64,000 nt of DNA from Zancudomyces culisetae HAW-14-8 (lineage: Eukaryota; Fungi; Kickxellomycota). The notes under the pieces were generated by a model. It had not been told where the DNA came from. It searched no databases and saw nothing but the letters and a program-made list of their open reading frames with translations. Both the position numbers and the translations under genes were made by a program. Position 1 is the first letter of the stretch; every line of letters begins with the position of its first letter. Location of the stretch: positions 1,302,001 through 1,366,000 of the forward strand of contig JBNJNM010000021.1 of assembly GCA_052426225.1 (NCBI GenBank). Reading direction: 5' to 3'. This document shows, piece by piece, positions 22,965 through 39,614 of the stretch.

Positions 22965-23930
22965 ATGAAGGCAATTCAAGTAGCAATTCCAGGAGATGCA
23001 TCAAAAATGCAATATGTTGATGTGCCGAAACCCACGATTAAAAGCAATAGCTTGCTTGTCAAAAATGAATTTTCAGGCGTTAACTTTATAGACACTTACA
23101 TCAGAAGCGGTCTTTATCCTGTACCCATGCCGACATTGCTAGGTCGTGAAGGTTCAGGTGTTATAGAAGAAGTTGGTGCTGATGTAACAGGCTTTAATGT
23201 TGGTGATAGAGTTGCCTATTTGACAGTGAACAACAGCTACGCTGAATATTCGCTAATTAATCCCGAGAGAGCTGTATTGCTTCCACAGTCCACACCCTCC
23301 GATGCTGCCGCCGCATGTATGCTGCAAGGTCTTACAGCACTTACGTTTGTCAGAAGAGCCTACGCAGTCAAAAAGGGTGATATTATTCTGATTCATGCAG
23401 CAGCGGGTGGCACTGGCCAACTGATGGTTCAATTGTGTAAATACTTTGGGGCTACAGTGATTGGTACTACATCTAGTGAGGAGAAGGCCAAAATAGCAAC
23501 TGATGCAGGTGCTGACCATATCATTTACTACACTAGAGAAGATGTCCCAACTAGAGTTAGAGAGATTACCAACGGCCAGATGGTGAACGCAGTATTTGAC
23601 GGTGTGGGTAAGTCCACATTCCAGGCATCATTCGATTCACTCAGACGATGTGGAACTTTGGTTTCATTTGGAAACGCATCTGGAAAAGTGCCGCCAATCG
23701 AAATTAATATTTTGAGCAAAGGAAATATCGTCCTTTTGAGGCCAATGCTGAATGACTATATCCACACCCATGAAGAGTTCGCAGAGGCATCATCAACATT
23801 GATGAAATTAATTAACGAAGGCCACTTGAACATTAATGTGTGCAAGGTATTTGATCTTCAAAACGCTGCTGATGCTCATCATTACATTGAAGCTGGAAAA
23901 ACTACTGGAAAAATACTGCTCAAGATTTAA
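22965..23930 (+). CDS. ZTA1: NADPH:quinone oxidoreductase (zeta-crystallin/MDR family)
   Basis: GVNFIDTY.RSGLY, GREGSG, HAAAGGTG, FDGVGK, SFGNASG, TTGKILL. Confidence 0.9.
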   Translation: MKAIQVAIPGDASKMQYVDVPKPTIKSNSLLVKNEFSGVNFIDTYIRSGLYPVPMPTLLGREGSGVIEEVGADVTGFNVGDRVAYLTVNNSYAEYSLINPERAVLLPQSTPSDAAAACMLQGLTALTFVRRAYAVKKGDIILIHAAAGGTGQLMVQLCKYFGATVIGTTSSEEKAKIATDAGADHIIYYTREDVPTRVREITNGQMVNAVFDGVGKSTFQASFDSLRRCGTLVSFGNASGKVPPIEINILSKGNIVLLRPMLNDYIHTHEEFAEASSTLMKLINEGHLNINVCKVFDLQNAADAHHYIEAGKTTGKILLKI

Positions 23931-24598
23931 GAGATGGATATGAGTGAATATAATTTTTGGGCAAGTGCTGTACACGTTATGGTATTTATTTCTTTAACCT
24001 TTTATTCTGATTTTCACTACAATAAATAAAGAAAATATCTCATAATAAATCCACAATTTCAATAAAACTGGTATTGGCATTAAGTGGTATTTTGTTGAAT
24101 GGTATTTTAGATTACTATTGTCAAATTGGAATGAGTTTATAGGTTTCTTACATTCCCCAGACATTGTATATTCTAGAAAATAGCTCCTTTACAAAAAAAA
24201 ATCCCACACTAGCCAATTGATAAATTATGCTATTAAAATTTCAGTATTTGTGATTTGAATAACAGTTAAAATTAGCAAACAATAAAAGCATACTCGAAAA
24301 AGTCGGATAAAAGAGCATTAACTGGTCAATAGTTTGCATTAATGTATTTATTTTTTTCAATAATAATAAGTTCTTTTTTTCAAAGCCGCTTTTTTTCTAT
24401 TTCACCGTAACTATTCTCTAAGGTTGAAGGCCAGAACCTACTTAGCTTTAATAGATAATCTTGTGTTACAAATTAACCTGTTATTCTTTAACCTTTTTAA
24501 TTTAGAGGGTACAGATAAATCTCAAAGTATATTTATTTTTATAGAAAATAATCTTTAAATTATTAAACATATATAGCTCAAATATAATATCAAATCAA

Positions 24599-25747
24599 AT
24601 GGAACAAAAAACTATAGTAATACTTGGCGCGGGAATAGTTGGTGTGTCAACAGCATATTTTCTTACTTGTAAAATAAAAGAAGCAGCGCTAGAAAAAAAC
24701 TACAGAATTACTTTAGTTGACCAAGTAGGGATAGCGCCCTGCGCTTCAGGGAATGCTGGGGGGTTTTTATCGAGGAATTTCTCCAGAGGAACAACAATTG
24801 AGGAGCTATCCGAGAAAGGATTTGATTTGCATGAGAGTTTAGCGAAAAAGCTTAATGGTGAGGCTGAATATGGATACCGGAGAGTTAAGGTTTTCGATGT
24901 TGTAGGTAGTCTAGGTAAATCCCACAACAAGAAGGAAATTACCTGGCTTGAAAATGTTCAAAGTGCAAATATACTTGGGGATAAAAGCGATTCTGCTCAA
25001 GTACACCCAAAGAAACTTTGTGAACTACTCTGGAAAAGTGCCAAAGAGAACGGATGTGAAATGGTGGTAGGAAAGGTTATTGATATTAAGAAGGCAGACG
25101 AGAATATAGAGGGAAATCTGGAAATTGAGAATAAAAGTAAGTATGTTGTTAGATTAGAGTCAGAAGCCGTCTTACAAGCTGATAACATTGTTCTGTGTTT
25201 GGGCCCGTGGACACATCATGCTCGCCGTTATGCACTATTTGCGGATGTTCCTAGTGGATATTTTGACGTGTACGGACTCAGAGCACACAGCCTAGTGTTT
25301 AAAACCAAAGACCATGTGCCTGGAGAGTGTTTGTTTCTTTCAGTGCGAGATGGAAAAAATTTCATTGAGAGCGATATTGAAGTATATCCGAGGCCAGATG
25401 GCACTATTTATGTGAGTGGTGAGTCCATGGGTAGTGGTGAGGTGATTTCAATATCACCTGAAGAAAAAGAGCTTGGGGAGCCTGAATCTTACCGAAAACT
25501 TGAGCAAGTTTTTTCCAGATTTACAAAATCGATGGAAAAGGAATTGGTTGTCAAGAGAGCTTGCTACTTACCGATTAGAAATCGTGGAGTGCCGATAATT
25601 GGCGAAATTGCGGGTGTACCTGATGTATACATGGCCGCTGGTCACGGTTGCTGGGGAATTCTGAATGGGCCGATTACTGGGCAGATTGTATCAGAGTTGG
25701 TACTTAAAATCCCATCGAACCAAGTTGATATCAAAGAGTTCTATTAG
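24599..25747 (+). CDS. FAD-dependent oxidoreductase (DAO family, TDA3-like)
   Basis: ILGAGIVG Rossmann motif, ASGNAGGFL, QVHP, GPWT, EVYPRPDG, GHGCWGILNGP.TG. Confidence 0.85.
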   Translation: MEQKTIVILGAGIVGVSTAYFLTCKIKEAALEKNYRITLVDQVGIAPCASGNAGGFLSRNFSRGTTIEELSEKGFDLHESLAKKLNGEAEYGYRRVKVFDVVGSLGKSHNKKEITWLENVQSANILGDKSDSAQVHPKKLCELLWKSAKENGCEMVVGKVIDIKKADENIEGNLEIENKSKYVVRLESEAVLQADNIVLCLGPWTHHARRYALFADVPSGYFDVYGLRAHSLVFKTKDHVPGECLFLSVRDGKNFIESDIEVYPRPDGTIYVSGESMGSGEVISISPEEKELGEPESYRKLEQVFSRFTKSMEKELVVKRACYLPIRNRGVPIIGEIAGVPDVYMAAGHGCWGILNGPITGQIVSELVLKIPSNQVDIKEFY

Positions 25748-26777
25748 GTATTTTGTTTCTTGAACAAGTACATTTGGTATTTATTGTGTTTATGTGTGTG
25801 GGAATTATTACTATTTGTTTACTGTTTACTTTTTGTTTGTATATTGTATTATGTTGGACTCATATCATATAGAAAACAGTAAAATAAAGGAATTAAGATG
25901 TTTTTCAGTTTTCTATTTGTGTTGCTATTATTCTTCTAAAAGTGAATAATAATAAAAGTAAAGTTTTCATGAACAAGTACCAGTTCTTAGCATTATTCAT
26001 GTATAGAAAAACGCAAATACAAAGAAGCTCATATTAGAAAAGCGGTTTATATATTTTCAAAGTGGCTATATTCTTTCAAAAGGTGCAAAATATTGCGAAA
26101 TGAAATCAAGAAAGTTGAGGAAGTTGAGGAAGGAAATGTACAAATTGCAAAGTCAATTCAAACTATGAGTAAGCTGATATCGATTTGGATTGATCACTGA
26201 TAACAAACGCAATTGTAACAGATGGATATTATTCGTACATTCCATTTATGCTCTATTCAATTGAGATTTTGTAATGCAGCTAAAGTGTGATTAATGAAAA
26301 GAGCCTCTGAACAAATCCTGATTGTTATCAATTAGAAAAATAAATACTGATTTGCTGGCTTCTTGACCATACTGAATTTTGATATGCTTAATTACTTTAG
26401 TTGATTAATTTGGAAAAGATAAAATAACGGCAAATGTTCATTTAAGCGGTTGTTTGGTTGCATTTGGAACAGCCATACAGTCTTGTGGGTTTAAGTGGAA
26501 AAAAAAAAATTTTTTTTCTAAATGTCCAATGCTGAAAGATACTACGGATGATTCAGGTATTGATGCGGTTATTTGGTGATAATTGGGTAGGTGCAATTGT
26601 TTGGGAGGTTTTTGCTTTATAATTTTTTTTTTAAACAAAATGCACCAGCTTGAAATGGATCCAATAAATAGAAGTGCAAAGAAATAAGTAAACTTTTTTG
26701 GGGATCCAAATAATCAACAACAGCCATATTTTACGATTTGTTCGATAAAAGCAAACTCTTATTAACCTTATTAGTAG

Positions 26778-29989
<3,212 letters not shown>

Positions 29990-30107
29990 CAAGTAGATGT
30001 AGCGACAGTTTGATTTTTGAACTTTTAATTTTAAATTAGGATAAATAAATTTATTATTTTCAAATGAGGAAATAAACAATAAATACTTGAAAGAAAACAA
30101 AAAGCGA

Positions 30108-32633
30108 TCACAACTTGTCGAGGTAACGATCAAGAGGTGGGATTTCTTCAGCGAGACCCTTTCTCTTACGGATACCAGTGACAATATCCAAGATCTTGCC
30201 TGGTTGCAGTGGAGTACCGTTCATCAATTGCCAATGGTCAAATACACACTGTGGGAAAGCTTGACCACCAGTGTTTGATCTCAAGTCAGCAGTGAAACCG
30301 AAGGATTCGTTGACAGGCATGTAGGCCTTGATGTTGTACATTGGAGTTCCAGGGCGTTGTTCTTCAGAGAAGACGTGACCACGACGACGATTAAGAACAC
30401 CATAGATACCACCCATGGCGTTTTCAGGACATTGGATTTCAACAAGGTACACTGGTTCTTGCAGACCTGGGTTGGCAGTCAACATTGAGGCGTAGACTAC
30501 ACGACGGCAAGTTGGGATGATTTGACCACCACCACGATGGATAGCATCAGCGTGGAGAGTGACATCAAGAATGTTGAAGCGGACACCACGGACAACTTCT
30601 TCGGCAACTGGACCTTCTTTGGTGGCCCATTGGAAGGCGGCAACACAAGAATCCTTGATTTCATTAAGGTATTGGACTCCCTTGGTGACATCAACCAAAA
30701 GATTTGGACCAGTGGTTTCTGGACCAAAGCACCAGATCTTTCTGGCATCAGTGACATCCCAGCCGTACTTCTCGGCGAGCTCACGGGCTCTGACCTTAAC
30801 GTCATCACGTGGGTTGATCTTTCCATCTTCAATCTCGTCGGTCAACTCTTCGTCAAGAGGAAGAGCCTTCATGAAGATACGGTTGTGCTTGTTTGGTGAC
30901 TTGGACAAGCACACAACGCTTGATTCACTTTGGACGGTTTCACGGTAGGCGACTACTGGGTCTCCTGTCTTGATTGGGACTTGGGCGTGATCCTCCTCAA
31001 GATCCTTCAAACAGATTTCCAAATGCAACTCACCGGCACCAGCAACAATGTGTTCTCCGGATTCGTTGGTGAAGCATTGCACACATGGATCGGACTTGGA
31101 CAGACGCTTCAATCCTTCTACCAATTTTGGAAGATCGTTGGCGTTCTTGACCTGGACGGCAATTTGCACGACTGGTGAGACTGAGAACTTCATGACCTTC
31201 AAGTTGTGGGCAACTTCGGAGGTTGTGATTGTTCCTGACTTGAGCAAGAACTGATCAATACCGACGAGACCAATAATGTTACCTGCTGGACAGTCCTCAA
31301 TTGGTTCAATGTATCTTCCCATCATAAGAATGGTACGTTGGATAGTCTTCAAGAACAAGTCTTCCTTCTTTCCTGGAACAAAGTTTGGTCCTTGGATGCG
31401 GACCTTTTGTCCTGATCTGACTGTTCCTGAGAACACACGACCGAAAGCGTAGAATCTTCCCTTATCAGAGGTAGGTACCATCTTGGATACGTACAACATC
31501 AATGGACCGTTAGGATTACATTCCTTGATTCCGACAGCGCACTCGTCATCAAGTGGACCTTCGTACAATGCGTCATATCTGTATCCTTGAGCAGTGAGTG
31601 GTGATGGCAAGTGAATACAAATCATCTGCAACAAAGCGTCAGCAGCTGGCAAGAACTTACGCATGGCTACCTTCAACAATGCCTTCTCTTCCAAATCCTT
31701 CTCGTCACTCTTGAGAACAACATCCAATTTCTCCAACATTGCAAGTGCGTCGGCCTTCTTGCGTCCCATGATGTTTGAGAACAACTTGTAGATTGGTTCC
31801 AACACAAACATGTTGAATGCACGCTCAAGTTGTGTTCCATCAGCAGCTGTGGACTTGCTTGACCACTTCTTGGTCTTTGGGTTGAAGTAGTTGTCTCCCC
31901 ACAATTTCATCATCATCTTCTCCTTGTCTACACCAAACTTCTTGGCGTATCTGTTGGCGAATTGCATCAATGTAAAGGCCCATCCGTGCAATCCTGAACC
32001 GAAGGCAACTGTTCCCTTCTCAGGTGAAACTTGCAAGTCTCCCATACCCTTGTCGTAGTATGTGGCAATGATGACGTTGACGTTTTCAACTGTTCTCAAG
32101 AATGAAGTGTAGAGTGACTCCTTGTCTTGTTGCAATTCAAGCAAAGCTCTGTCAATCTTGTTGATAATTACGACTGGCTTAATCTTTTCTGTAAGTGCTT
32201 GTCTAAGTACGGTTTCAGTCTGTACTGATACTCCGGAAACACAGTCTACTACAACCAAAGCTCCGTCTGTTACTCTAAGAGCTGCTGTTACTTCTGATGA
32301 AAAATCAACGTGCCCTGGTGAATCAATCAAGTTAATCAAAAACCCATTTCCTTCCTTCTTTTGCTTGATGTCGTCCATGAACTCTTGTTCCAGCTCAAAG
32401 TACATTGAAATAGCTGTTGACTTGATTGTAATACAACGGTCCTGTTCGTCTTGACGTGTATCTGTGAATCTAGCTTCTCCAGCCTTGGCACTGGAAATAA
32501 TACCTGCCTTCGATACCAATGAGTCAGTAAGTGTAGACTTTCCGTGATCTACGTGAGCAATAACTGACATGTTACGAATGTTCGTAACCTTGTCCATAAG
32601 CCCTCTAATCTGATCAATTGTAAAGTTTACCAT
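30108..32633 (-). CDS. EFT1: Translation elongation factor 2 (intronless)
   Basis: [18 protein letters not shown], diphthamide loop [11 protein letters not shown]. Confidence 0.99.
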   Translation of the reverse strand: MVNFTIDQIRGLMDKVTNIRNMSVIAHVDHGKSTLTDSLVSKAGIISSAKAGEARFTDTRQDEQDRCITIKSTAISMYFELEQEFMDDIKQKKEGNGFLINLIDSPGHVDFSSEVTAALRVTDGALVVVDCVSGVSVQTETVLRQALTEKIKPVVIINKIDRALLELQQDKESLYTSFLRTVENVNVIIATYYDKGMGDLQVSPEKGTVAFGSGLHGWAFTLMQFANRYAKKFGVDKEKMMMKLWGDNYFNPKTKKWSSKSTAADGTQLERAFNMFVLEPIYKLFSNIMGRKKADALAMLEKLDVVLKSDEKDLEEKALLKVAMRKFLPAADALLQMICIHLPSPLTAQGYRYDALYEGPLDDECAVGIKECNPNGPLMLYVSKMVPTSDKGRFYAFGRVFSGTVRSGQKVRIQGPNFVPGKKEDLFLKTIQRTILMMGRYIEPIEDCPAGNIIGLVGIDQFLLKSGTITTSEVAHNLKVMKFSVSPVVQIAVQVKNANDLPKLVEGLKRLSKSDPCVQCFTNESGEHIVAGAGELHLEICLKDLEEDHAQVPIKTGDPVVAYRETVQSESSVVCLSKSPNKHNRIFMKALPLDEELTDEIEDGKINPRDDVKVRARELAEKYGWDVTDARKIWCFGPETTGPNLLVDVTKGVQYLNEIKDSCVAAFQWATKEGPVAEEVVRGVRFNILDVTLHADAIHRGGGQIIPTCRRVVYASMLTANPGLQEPVYLVEIQCPENAMGGIYGVLNRRRGHVFSEEQRPGTPMYNIKAYMPVNESFGFTADLRSNTGGQAFPQCVFDHWQLMNGTPLQPGKILDIVTGIRKRKGLAEEIPPLDRYLDKL

Positions 32634-35600
32634 CTTTGCTATATTCCTTTATTGAAGCAACTATCTCTCAATGACTTTGAAACAAAGTAGTATATTTTTT
32701 ATATATACTCTACTCTTCTTTTACAATTAAAAAAAAAGTTGCTTTCTTTTAAATGAGAATTGAGAAAAAAAAATTTTCAAAAATTTTCTACTTCAGTTTT
32801 GATATAAACAATGCACTTGCAAAAAAATTTAAAATGAAAAACAAAATGAAAAAAATTTTTTTCAGGCTTCTGCGATTCTATTTGCCGAATTTTTTTTTAA
32901 CATTCAGCATTAATTTTCTTGGTGTTAATTTTTAAGCTTTTGCATTTGATTTTCAGCTCAATTTTTTTTGAAATTTACTTTGTTCTCGGCTTCAATCTTT
33001 ATATCGCGGATCCCTACTACTGCGCTTCCCGCTATTATTTTCACTTTTGCTTTTAAAGATTTTCAATACATTTTCACTCTGCTAGCGTTTATTTCAGGCT
33101 ATTTTCATTTAGGTAAAAAAATATAATTGAAATGGCGGTTTTATTCCAACAATTGTTGCTGGATACTGTTTTCTTTTCCTCATTTTCTTTATTTTTTTAA
33201 TTATACTACACTTTTTTAATTTTTTGATAGTGCTTTTTGTATGACTAAACCTGCTTATAGAACCACTTTTTTTATTCCCAAATGCCACGATATTTTCGTA
33301 AATTATGTTATTTTCCAATTACGCTACGAATTAGACATGATCCTATTTATTGCTGATTAATCTTTTTTTAATACTACACATTTTTCTGCATAGAAGAGCC
33401 AAAAAAAATTTTTTTTTCCTTCTCCATGCCCATTTTCGCTCCAATCTCAGTTCCGTGTCATTTGTTTTTGTCTCCCTCTAAATGCTTTACATAAACCCCT
33501 ACATTTAGATGTCCGGTTCCTCATTTTTCATCTCCCCACCCCGCCCTCTAAAAAATTATAAACCCTTCTTTTTATCAATTTTGAGTCCACATGGAGCCTA
33601 CAAAAACATTTGTAAAAAAAATTTTTGTACCGTTTTATCCAATAGATGATCAGGTATAATAAACTAGTTTTCTGTTTCTATGTTCCAATTTATTATGCCC
33701 ATGCTATTTCCTGGCAGCTCTTAAAATATCTACTATTATGTTCAGCATTTTCGGTTTAGCAATTAATTCAATATTGGAAATCACTTTACTAATAAAAAAA
33801 ATTGTATTAATATATTAAATTCTGTAGATAATGCTACGAATAGAGCTATAAACCCCATATAAACACCTCTTCGGTTTTAAAACGTATAAATAGCCACCAT
33901 TCCCTTTGTCCTTGTTATTTGTTTTTTCTTCATGCACGTCCGATTTCATATAATGTACATCTAAAAAGCAAAAACAGTGTCTGTATTGGTATTTTGTTTC
34001 CCAAAACTGGCGTTGTATTACTAATTCCACCATCGATTACATTAGTAATGTTCTGGTGCGCAGCAATATATATGAACAACCTTATATTCCCCTTTTTGCT
34101 TCCTACAATTTTAATCTTCCAAATGTTGTAACTTGCCTGTTCTTCACTCCCCTTCCTTTTAATTTACTCTATTTTCTAATTTTGTATTGAGAACGACCGA
34201 AGCTTTATGTTAGCTATTGTATAACTAAAATAAAAGTTTCTTCATCTTGTTTGCATTTCAACCAGTTTAAACCCCAAAAAAAAAAGTGCTTTGCACTGGC
34301 CGTCCTATCTCTTTGTTTCTTAGCTCGAGCTTTTTTTTTTCAAGTGATACGGATGTCTCTAGTTTCTATCACGCTTTCTTACCTTTTATTTGCCCATCAA
34401 TATCCAGTATATATACCATACCCAATTTATTGTCAAATTGTTGCTTTTGTCTCTTGCATGATCTCTAAAAAGTGAATAACATGTGTTAAAAATTTCCGTA
34501 AATAGTAATGTACACACATATTTGAATGACAGTACTTTCCATGCATAAACATTTTCCTTTAATTTTTTATTATGAGGCTAAAGCCGCACAACTACGTAAA
34601 ATCCAAAAAGTAACTCTAAAAAATCAAACAATGAGCAGCACTAGAATTTCAGATCAAGCAGCAAGCTCTTTTGACTATGGATCAGAATATATGAGGTGGA
34701 GAAAAAGTGGAATTGCCTGTATGGCTTATCAATATAAAGATTACTTGTTTCTCCCTCTCTATCTCCCACCAATCTAAAACTTCTTTGGGATTATGTTCGT
34801 ATAATTTCTCCATTTTTAAACACAGCTTATGTCCGGCTGAATAGAAGAGGACCAAGAAAAACATGTAGTGCAATTAGACTGTCTTTGATAAAAATTTGAT
34901 TGGAAAAGCTATCAATTATTGCGATCAAAAAATATCTACAAAAGTTGGTGGCACAGCAATGAAGCTACATATTCAACACTTTTATTAGGATAAAAGCAGC
35001 TAATAGTTAATATTTTTTACGCACACCCAAGAAGGTGCAATTACAATTACACCATATCACGCTTTTATGCTTTGGTATACTAGTATTTTTCTTTGTAATT
35101 ACTTGATTTTTGATTTCAAAGCTGATTGCTTTGCATTATATTACTTCTTTGATATCCAATCGGCTGGGTTAAACGATTCATGATATTCAAATGTAGAACA
35201 TTGTATAAGCATACATATTTTAGCGATTTTTTTTTCACAGAACAGCCTTCCTCCCCCTCATAAACAAATGATAATACAAACAATGCTCACATACATTGAA
35301 AAAGTTAAAGCTCGATTTTCTTACCCAATAAAATATAAGAGTTGTTAAATTTGGAAAAAGTTTCTTGCTATTAACATCAAAGCAGGAACTTCGCTTAGAT
35401 TAGCCCCCTTATATGTAGCTATATATAAAGTGACTGCGCAAAAATCGGTGGCTGACGCAAAAACTCACCCAAGGCAAATAACAATGATCTCTAGAAAAAA
35501 AAGCCTAAGTTAGGGTACTTGATTAGTCAACTTTTTTCAGCTAGCGAATCAAGCCCTATACCAGAGTAAACAAAATGAGTTGGTCGAGAGTGTTAATGAA

Positions 35601-36416
35601 CAAATGATATACTACGCTGCAGTTAAAAGCTAATTGATTGGGCATCCTATTAAGGTGGAGCTAAAAAGCATCCAAGAAATGAATACCAAAATCACCGCTC
35701 CAAAGCTATATTTCGTTTGTTTGCATTGACTACCAGCCTAATCAGAATAAGAAAGAAGCAAAAAAAAAGGCAAGGATGCTGCACTAAAAGACGAAATAGA
35801 GGAAAGGAGGCGGATATGTATTGGTATTGAAGTTAATGGTCGGTTGCAATAATGTAATCGTTTTTATGCCTTTGTAAACATCAGAATATTGCCTAAATTT
35901 GTTCCTTGTTTATCAATTGCCTAATCTCCTACCCTACTAAAAAGGAGGTTGATTAGTCAAACTTGAGAAAGATTGCAGAAAAAAAAAGCACATACACATA
36001 CACATGCACATACACATAATCATACAAATACGCATTCACATTCACGTAACCGTTAATAGGCTCGCTAGTAGTATGGACCTGACTCATTTAAATTTTATAA
36101 AGCTATAAATACCCAGTTTCTTTCCCAATATTCCAGTTGTTTAAATGTAAAGTACTACACTTAGTAATATATTATACTCTGGTGCTTCATAAATACGCCA
36201 ACGATTATAGCAAATATCTCACTGATAATTAAATATTGTAATATAGTACCTTTTTATACATCGAGTTTGTACATAAACAGACATAAAACTTGAAGTTAAA
36301 CTGTGTTCATAGTAATAGGACAACTAGTAGCCACAGCCGAATTTATATCAACTTCTTGCAAAAGCCACCACAACTTTGAAAAGATAGTACAGAGCATCTC
36401 ATCTTATATATTTAAC

Positions 36417-38573
36417 ATGGGTCCAACAGCAGATACCTTACCAATCGATACCAAAAGTCCAGTTGACGACTTTCTTTCAAACTCGGGTAGAGAGGATGAA
36501 GTTTTATTAATAAACACGCGCAGGGGAAGGCGTCAAAAAAAATGCCGAGCAAGAAGGATTTGTTACTTTGTCGTAGGTATGATTGTGGGAATAATTCTCT
36601 ACATGGTAGTCAAACACGTACTTCACTGTGGACATTCAAAACATAACAATGTACTGAATCGATTGATGCGCGGGATAGTTGGCGACTCACAACCCGGGAA
36701 AACCAACAATGACGGAAAAATTAGTAAAGTTGGCTATTTCAATATTGAAAACCAAGCTCCACAACAGCTACAAGGTACTCAAAGCCCTCAAAATCAAAAA
36801 GAACCAAATAATTACGGCATTGACTATATTCCTGGATACGACTATGATTTCAGAAGAATATATCTTGGTGCAAACAAAGAAGGCAAAAACGAGGATGAGG
36901 ATGAATATGAAGATTACAATTCTCCATCGTATTATGACAATGACTCGAATGAAATGAAAATGAAAAACGAGAATTTACAAGAAATGAGGATGAAGAATGG
37001 TCATAAAAGCGAATGCCCTGAATGCAGTGCTAAGGAGAAAGATGTCCCATTAGAGGTTTACGTGTATGACTTCATTAATGAAGTAGAAAATGATGATGCT
37101 GGCGATGATGATGACTATAATGAGCATAATGAAGATGAAGATGAGGATGATGATGAGGGTTTAGAGAATATTCAGGATATTCTTGATGCTTACACTCAAA
37201 GCAATGAGGAATTGAAAAACGAGGATCGTATCGATTACTATGATTATGAAAACCCTATTCTAGGCAGTGATAAATATAATAATGTTGATGCAGATGAATA
37301 TTATGATAATGATGACATTGAAGAAGATGACAATGAAGACGATAACGACGGTTATGATATTCCAAATGAGTATGGGACTAATGAAGAATATGATGTTGAT
37401 GAGGATTATGCTGCTGAAGAAGAAGGTGATGATGAGGATTATGATGATGATGATGAGGATGATTATGTATACAACGGAAAGTTTGCAAACAATATAGAGG
37501 AGAATGAGGCAGAACAAAAAGCACAGGAAAACTATAAAAGTTATGAAGGTCATAGAAAGGGAAAAAATAACAAATACGTGAGTGTTGGAGGATATCTTGG
37601 AGGTGCTGTACGCAGCATTTTTGAGGGAATAACAAATCCATTCGTAATGCCAAAAGCTGAATCTTCAACGCCAGCATATTATACTTCTGAGGACATAAGA
37701 CTTATCCAAAAAAAAGTAGATGAAGAGAGAGGCCAAAACGAACACAACACCTGTGGCAAAACAATTCCTGGCGAAACACGCAGTTATATATTTGACATTG
37801 GCAAGTATAGAAAACTCAAGTTGGCATCAACAGGAAGACAGTTTACTAAAGTTAGAGTGGAGAGGTCAGAGGTAGAAGCAGCATGGGTAAAAATAGAGAC
37901 AAGATACTCTAGCAAAAAACTTTTGAACTCGGTTTTGGTGAGCGAAATCGAGACATCTGATGGCCAGATTGAATATAAAGTCAGTGCACCACACAAGATT
38001 CACAAACATGGCTGTATCTATTCCGAAATTGTTCTATATTTGCCAAAGGGGGCCGACTCTTTTCCAGAATTTGTAGTTAGTTTCAACCACGGCCATTTCT
38101 ATATCGACCCAAAGGTTGGAGAGTCGATACAATTCGAAAGGTTTTACCTAGGATTTTTCTCAGGTGATTTAGATGTTCCTTTCATGAAAACTAAAGTTGC
38201 TCATGTTGATTCAATAATGGGTAATATCAGTGGAACATATGAGATAGAGGAGGATAGTAGATTTGAAACCATCCGCGGAAGTGTAAAAACACACGTTGCT
38301 AGAGCTAAAGACAGTCACATCAAAGTACTCGCAAAGACGGTCGTTGGTGATATACACGTCATGATTTGTGGAGAATACGATGGAAGATTCTACGTCAAAT
38401 CAATGTTTTCTCATACCAACGTTACTGAAAATGGTAATGGGCATATTTCCTTTGATAAAAAAGAACACAACTACAAAATGGGAACAAGACACAGCAAGGA
38501 ATCTTCCGATTCTTCAACTTCTGTAGCTGTGCTGAAGTCGATAAAGGGATCGTGTACTTTAGATTTTTACTAG
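36417..38573 (+). CDS. Single-pass membrane protein with a long Asp/Glu/Tyr/Asn tract and a C-terminal DUF4097/adhesin-like beta-repeat domain
   Basis: Basic patch then TM ICYFVVGMIVGIILYMVV; acidic low-complexity middle; repeated 'S/T..G.I/V' strands at the C-terminus; first ATG 36417. Confidence 0.65.
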   Translation: MGPTADTLPIDTKSPVDDFLSNSGREDEVLLINTRRGRRQKKCRARRICYFVVGMIVGIILYMVVKHVLHCGHSKHNNVLNRLMRGIVGDSQPGKTNNDGKISKVGYFNIENQAPQQLQGTQSPQNQKEPNNYGIDYIPGYDYDFRRIYLGANKEGKNEDEDEYEDYNSPSYYDNDSNEMKMKNENLQEMRMKNGHKSECPECSAKEKDVPLEVYVYDFINEVENDDAGDDDDYNEHNEDEDEDDDEGLENIQDILDAYTQSNEELKNEDRIDYYDYENPILGSDKYNNVDADEYYDNDDIEEDDNEDDNDGYDIPNEYGTNEEYDVDEDYAAEEEGDDEDYDDDDEDDYVYNGKFANNIEENEAEQKAQENYKSYEGHRKGKNNKYVSVGGYLGGAVRSIFEGITNPFVMPKAESSTPAYYTSEDIRLIQKKVDEERGQNEHNTCGKTIPGETRSYIFDIGKYRKLKLASTGRQFTKVRVERSEVEAAWVKIETRYSSKKLLNSVLVSEIETSDGQIEYKVSAPHKIHKHGCIYSEIVLYLPKGADSFPEFVVSFNHGHFYIDPKVGESIQFERFYLGFFSGDLDVPFMKTKVAHVDSIMGNISGTYEIEEDSRFETIRGSVKTHVARAKDSHIKVLAKTVVGDIHVMICGEYDGRFYVKSMFSHTNVTENGNGHISFDKKEHNYKMGTRHSKESSDSSTSVAVLKSIKGSCTLDFY

Positions 38574-39614
38574 TGGGTGTGGTTTTGAAAGCCGGTTATA
38601 GTCATCCATTTTATATCCTTTCTTTTTTCTTTTATCCATAGTATTTATTTATTCCTTAACGATCAAATTAAAAAATATAAATTATAAATAAAAAGTAAAT
38701 TATACATTATACATTATGGTCATATTAAGGGTGTGAGAGTAGCTTGGTGAAGTGTTGGTTTAACAGCAACATTTGCTTCTCAATGTGCTTAGAACCTTTC
38801 AGTTTAGGCATGTGTACAACTTGAATAAGGTCCAGTAGTTGCGAGTTCAGACGAAAAAGCAAAAAGATCTGAGCCCGGGGATTGATGTGCAGGAAAAATA
38901 ATACGCATTAATTAAATCTGCATGGAATTGTATTGATGGTTGGTTGTCCATTAACTAAAGTATTGTAACACAGCCATGCTAAAGATAAAAAGCCAAAATA
39001 ACGAGCAAAAGTTGCTACTGGTTACGAAATACTCACAAAAATACCAGGCCATATTGTGTGATTTAATTATGGTACTATCCCGCTCCCACCTCTATTATCA
39101 AACTGCCAAGTGGTATAATGCGTCAAATGCCCCGATTTGAACAGTTTATCACTGGTAAAGATGAACATATTACCCTGTTCTAGAGATTTGCTGCGGAATA
39201 AGCATAATTGTCCAAAGCTAAGTGGTATGGCGAAAAAGATAAGCAATTATTAGTTATTCTGCACGTTTTATTTACCAATGCCTATACCAAGTTGTGATTA
39301 ATTGGCTAATCGGTGCTTTCTGAAATATTTTTTGTAACCTGAAAAAAAAGTGCGTATATTTCTGGACATTCCCATTCGGCCAGCTTGTTGCTGAAACCAT
39401 TGATCCAAGAACCAAGAAAGTGAATGCAATAACAGGACTGAAATGTTTGCATACTTGCATCATAATACAAACAATGAATCGAAAAAAGAATATAAATAAC
39501 CCACAGCTTTTTGAAATAAAAACACGCACTCAATTACACTTGGATATATCTCACAACAACATACTCAACTACCAAAACCACCAACGATTAATAGGTGCAA
39601 TTAGCTGAACAACG

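Noticed and set aside
32640-36410. Short ORFs in the long EF2-upstream intergenic region
   Set aside because: Low-complexity AT-rich frames with no recognisable motifs.
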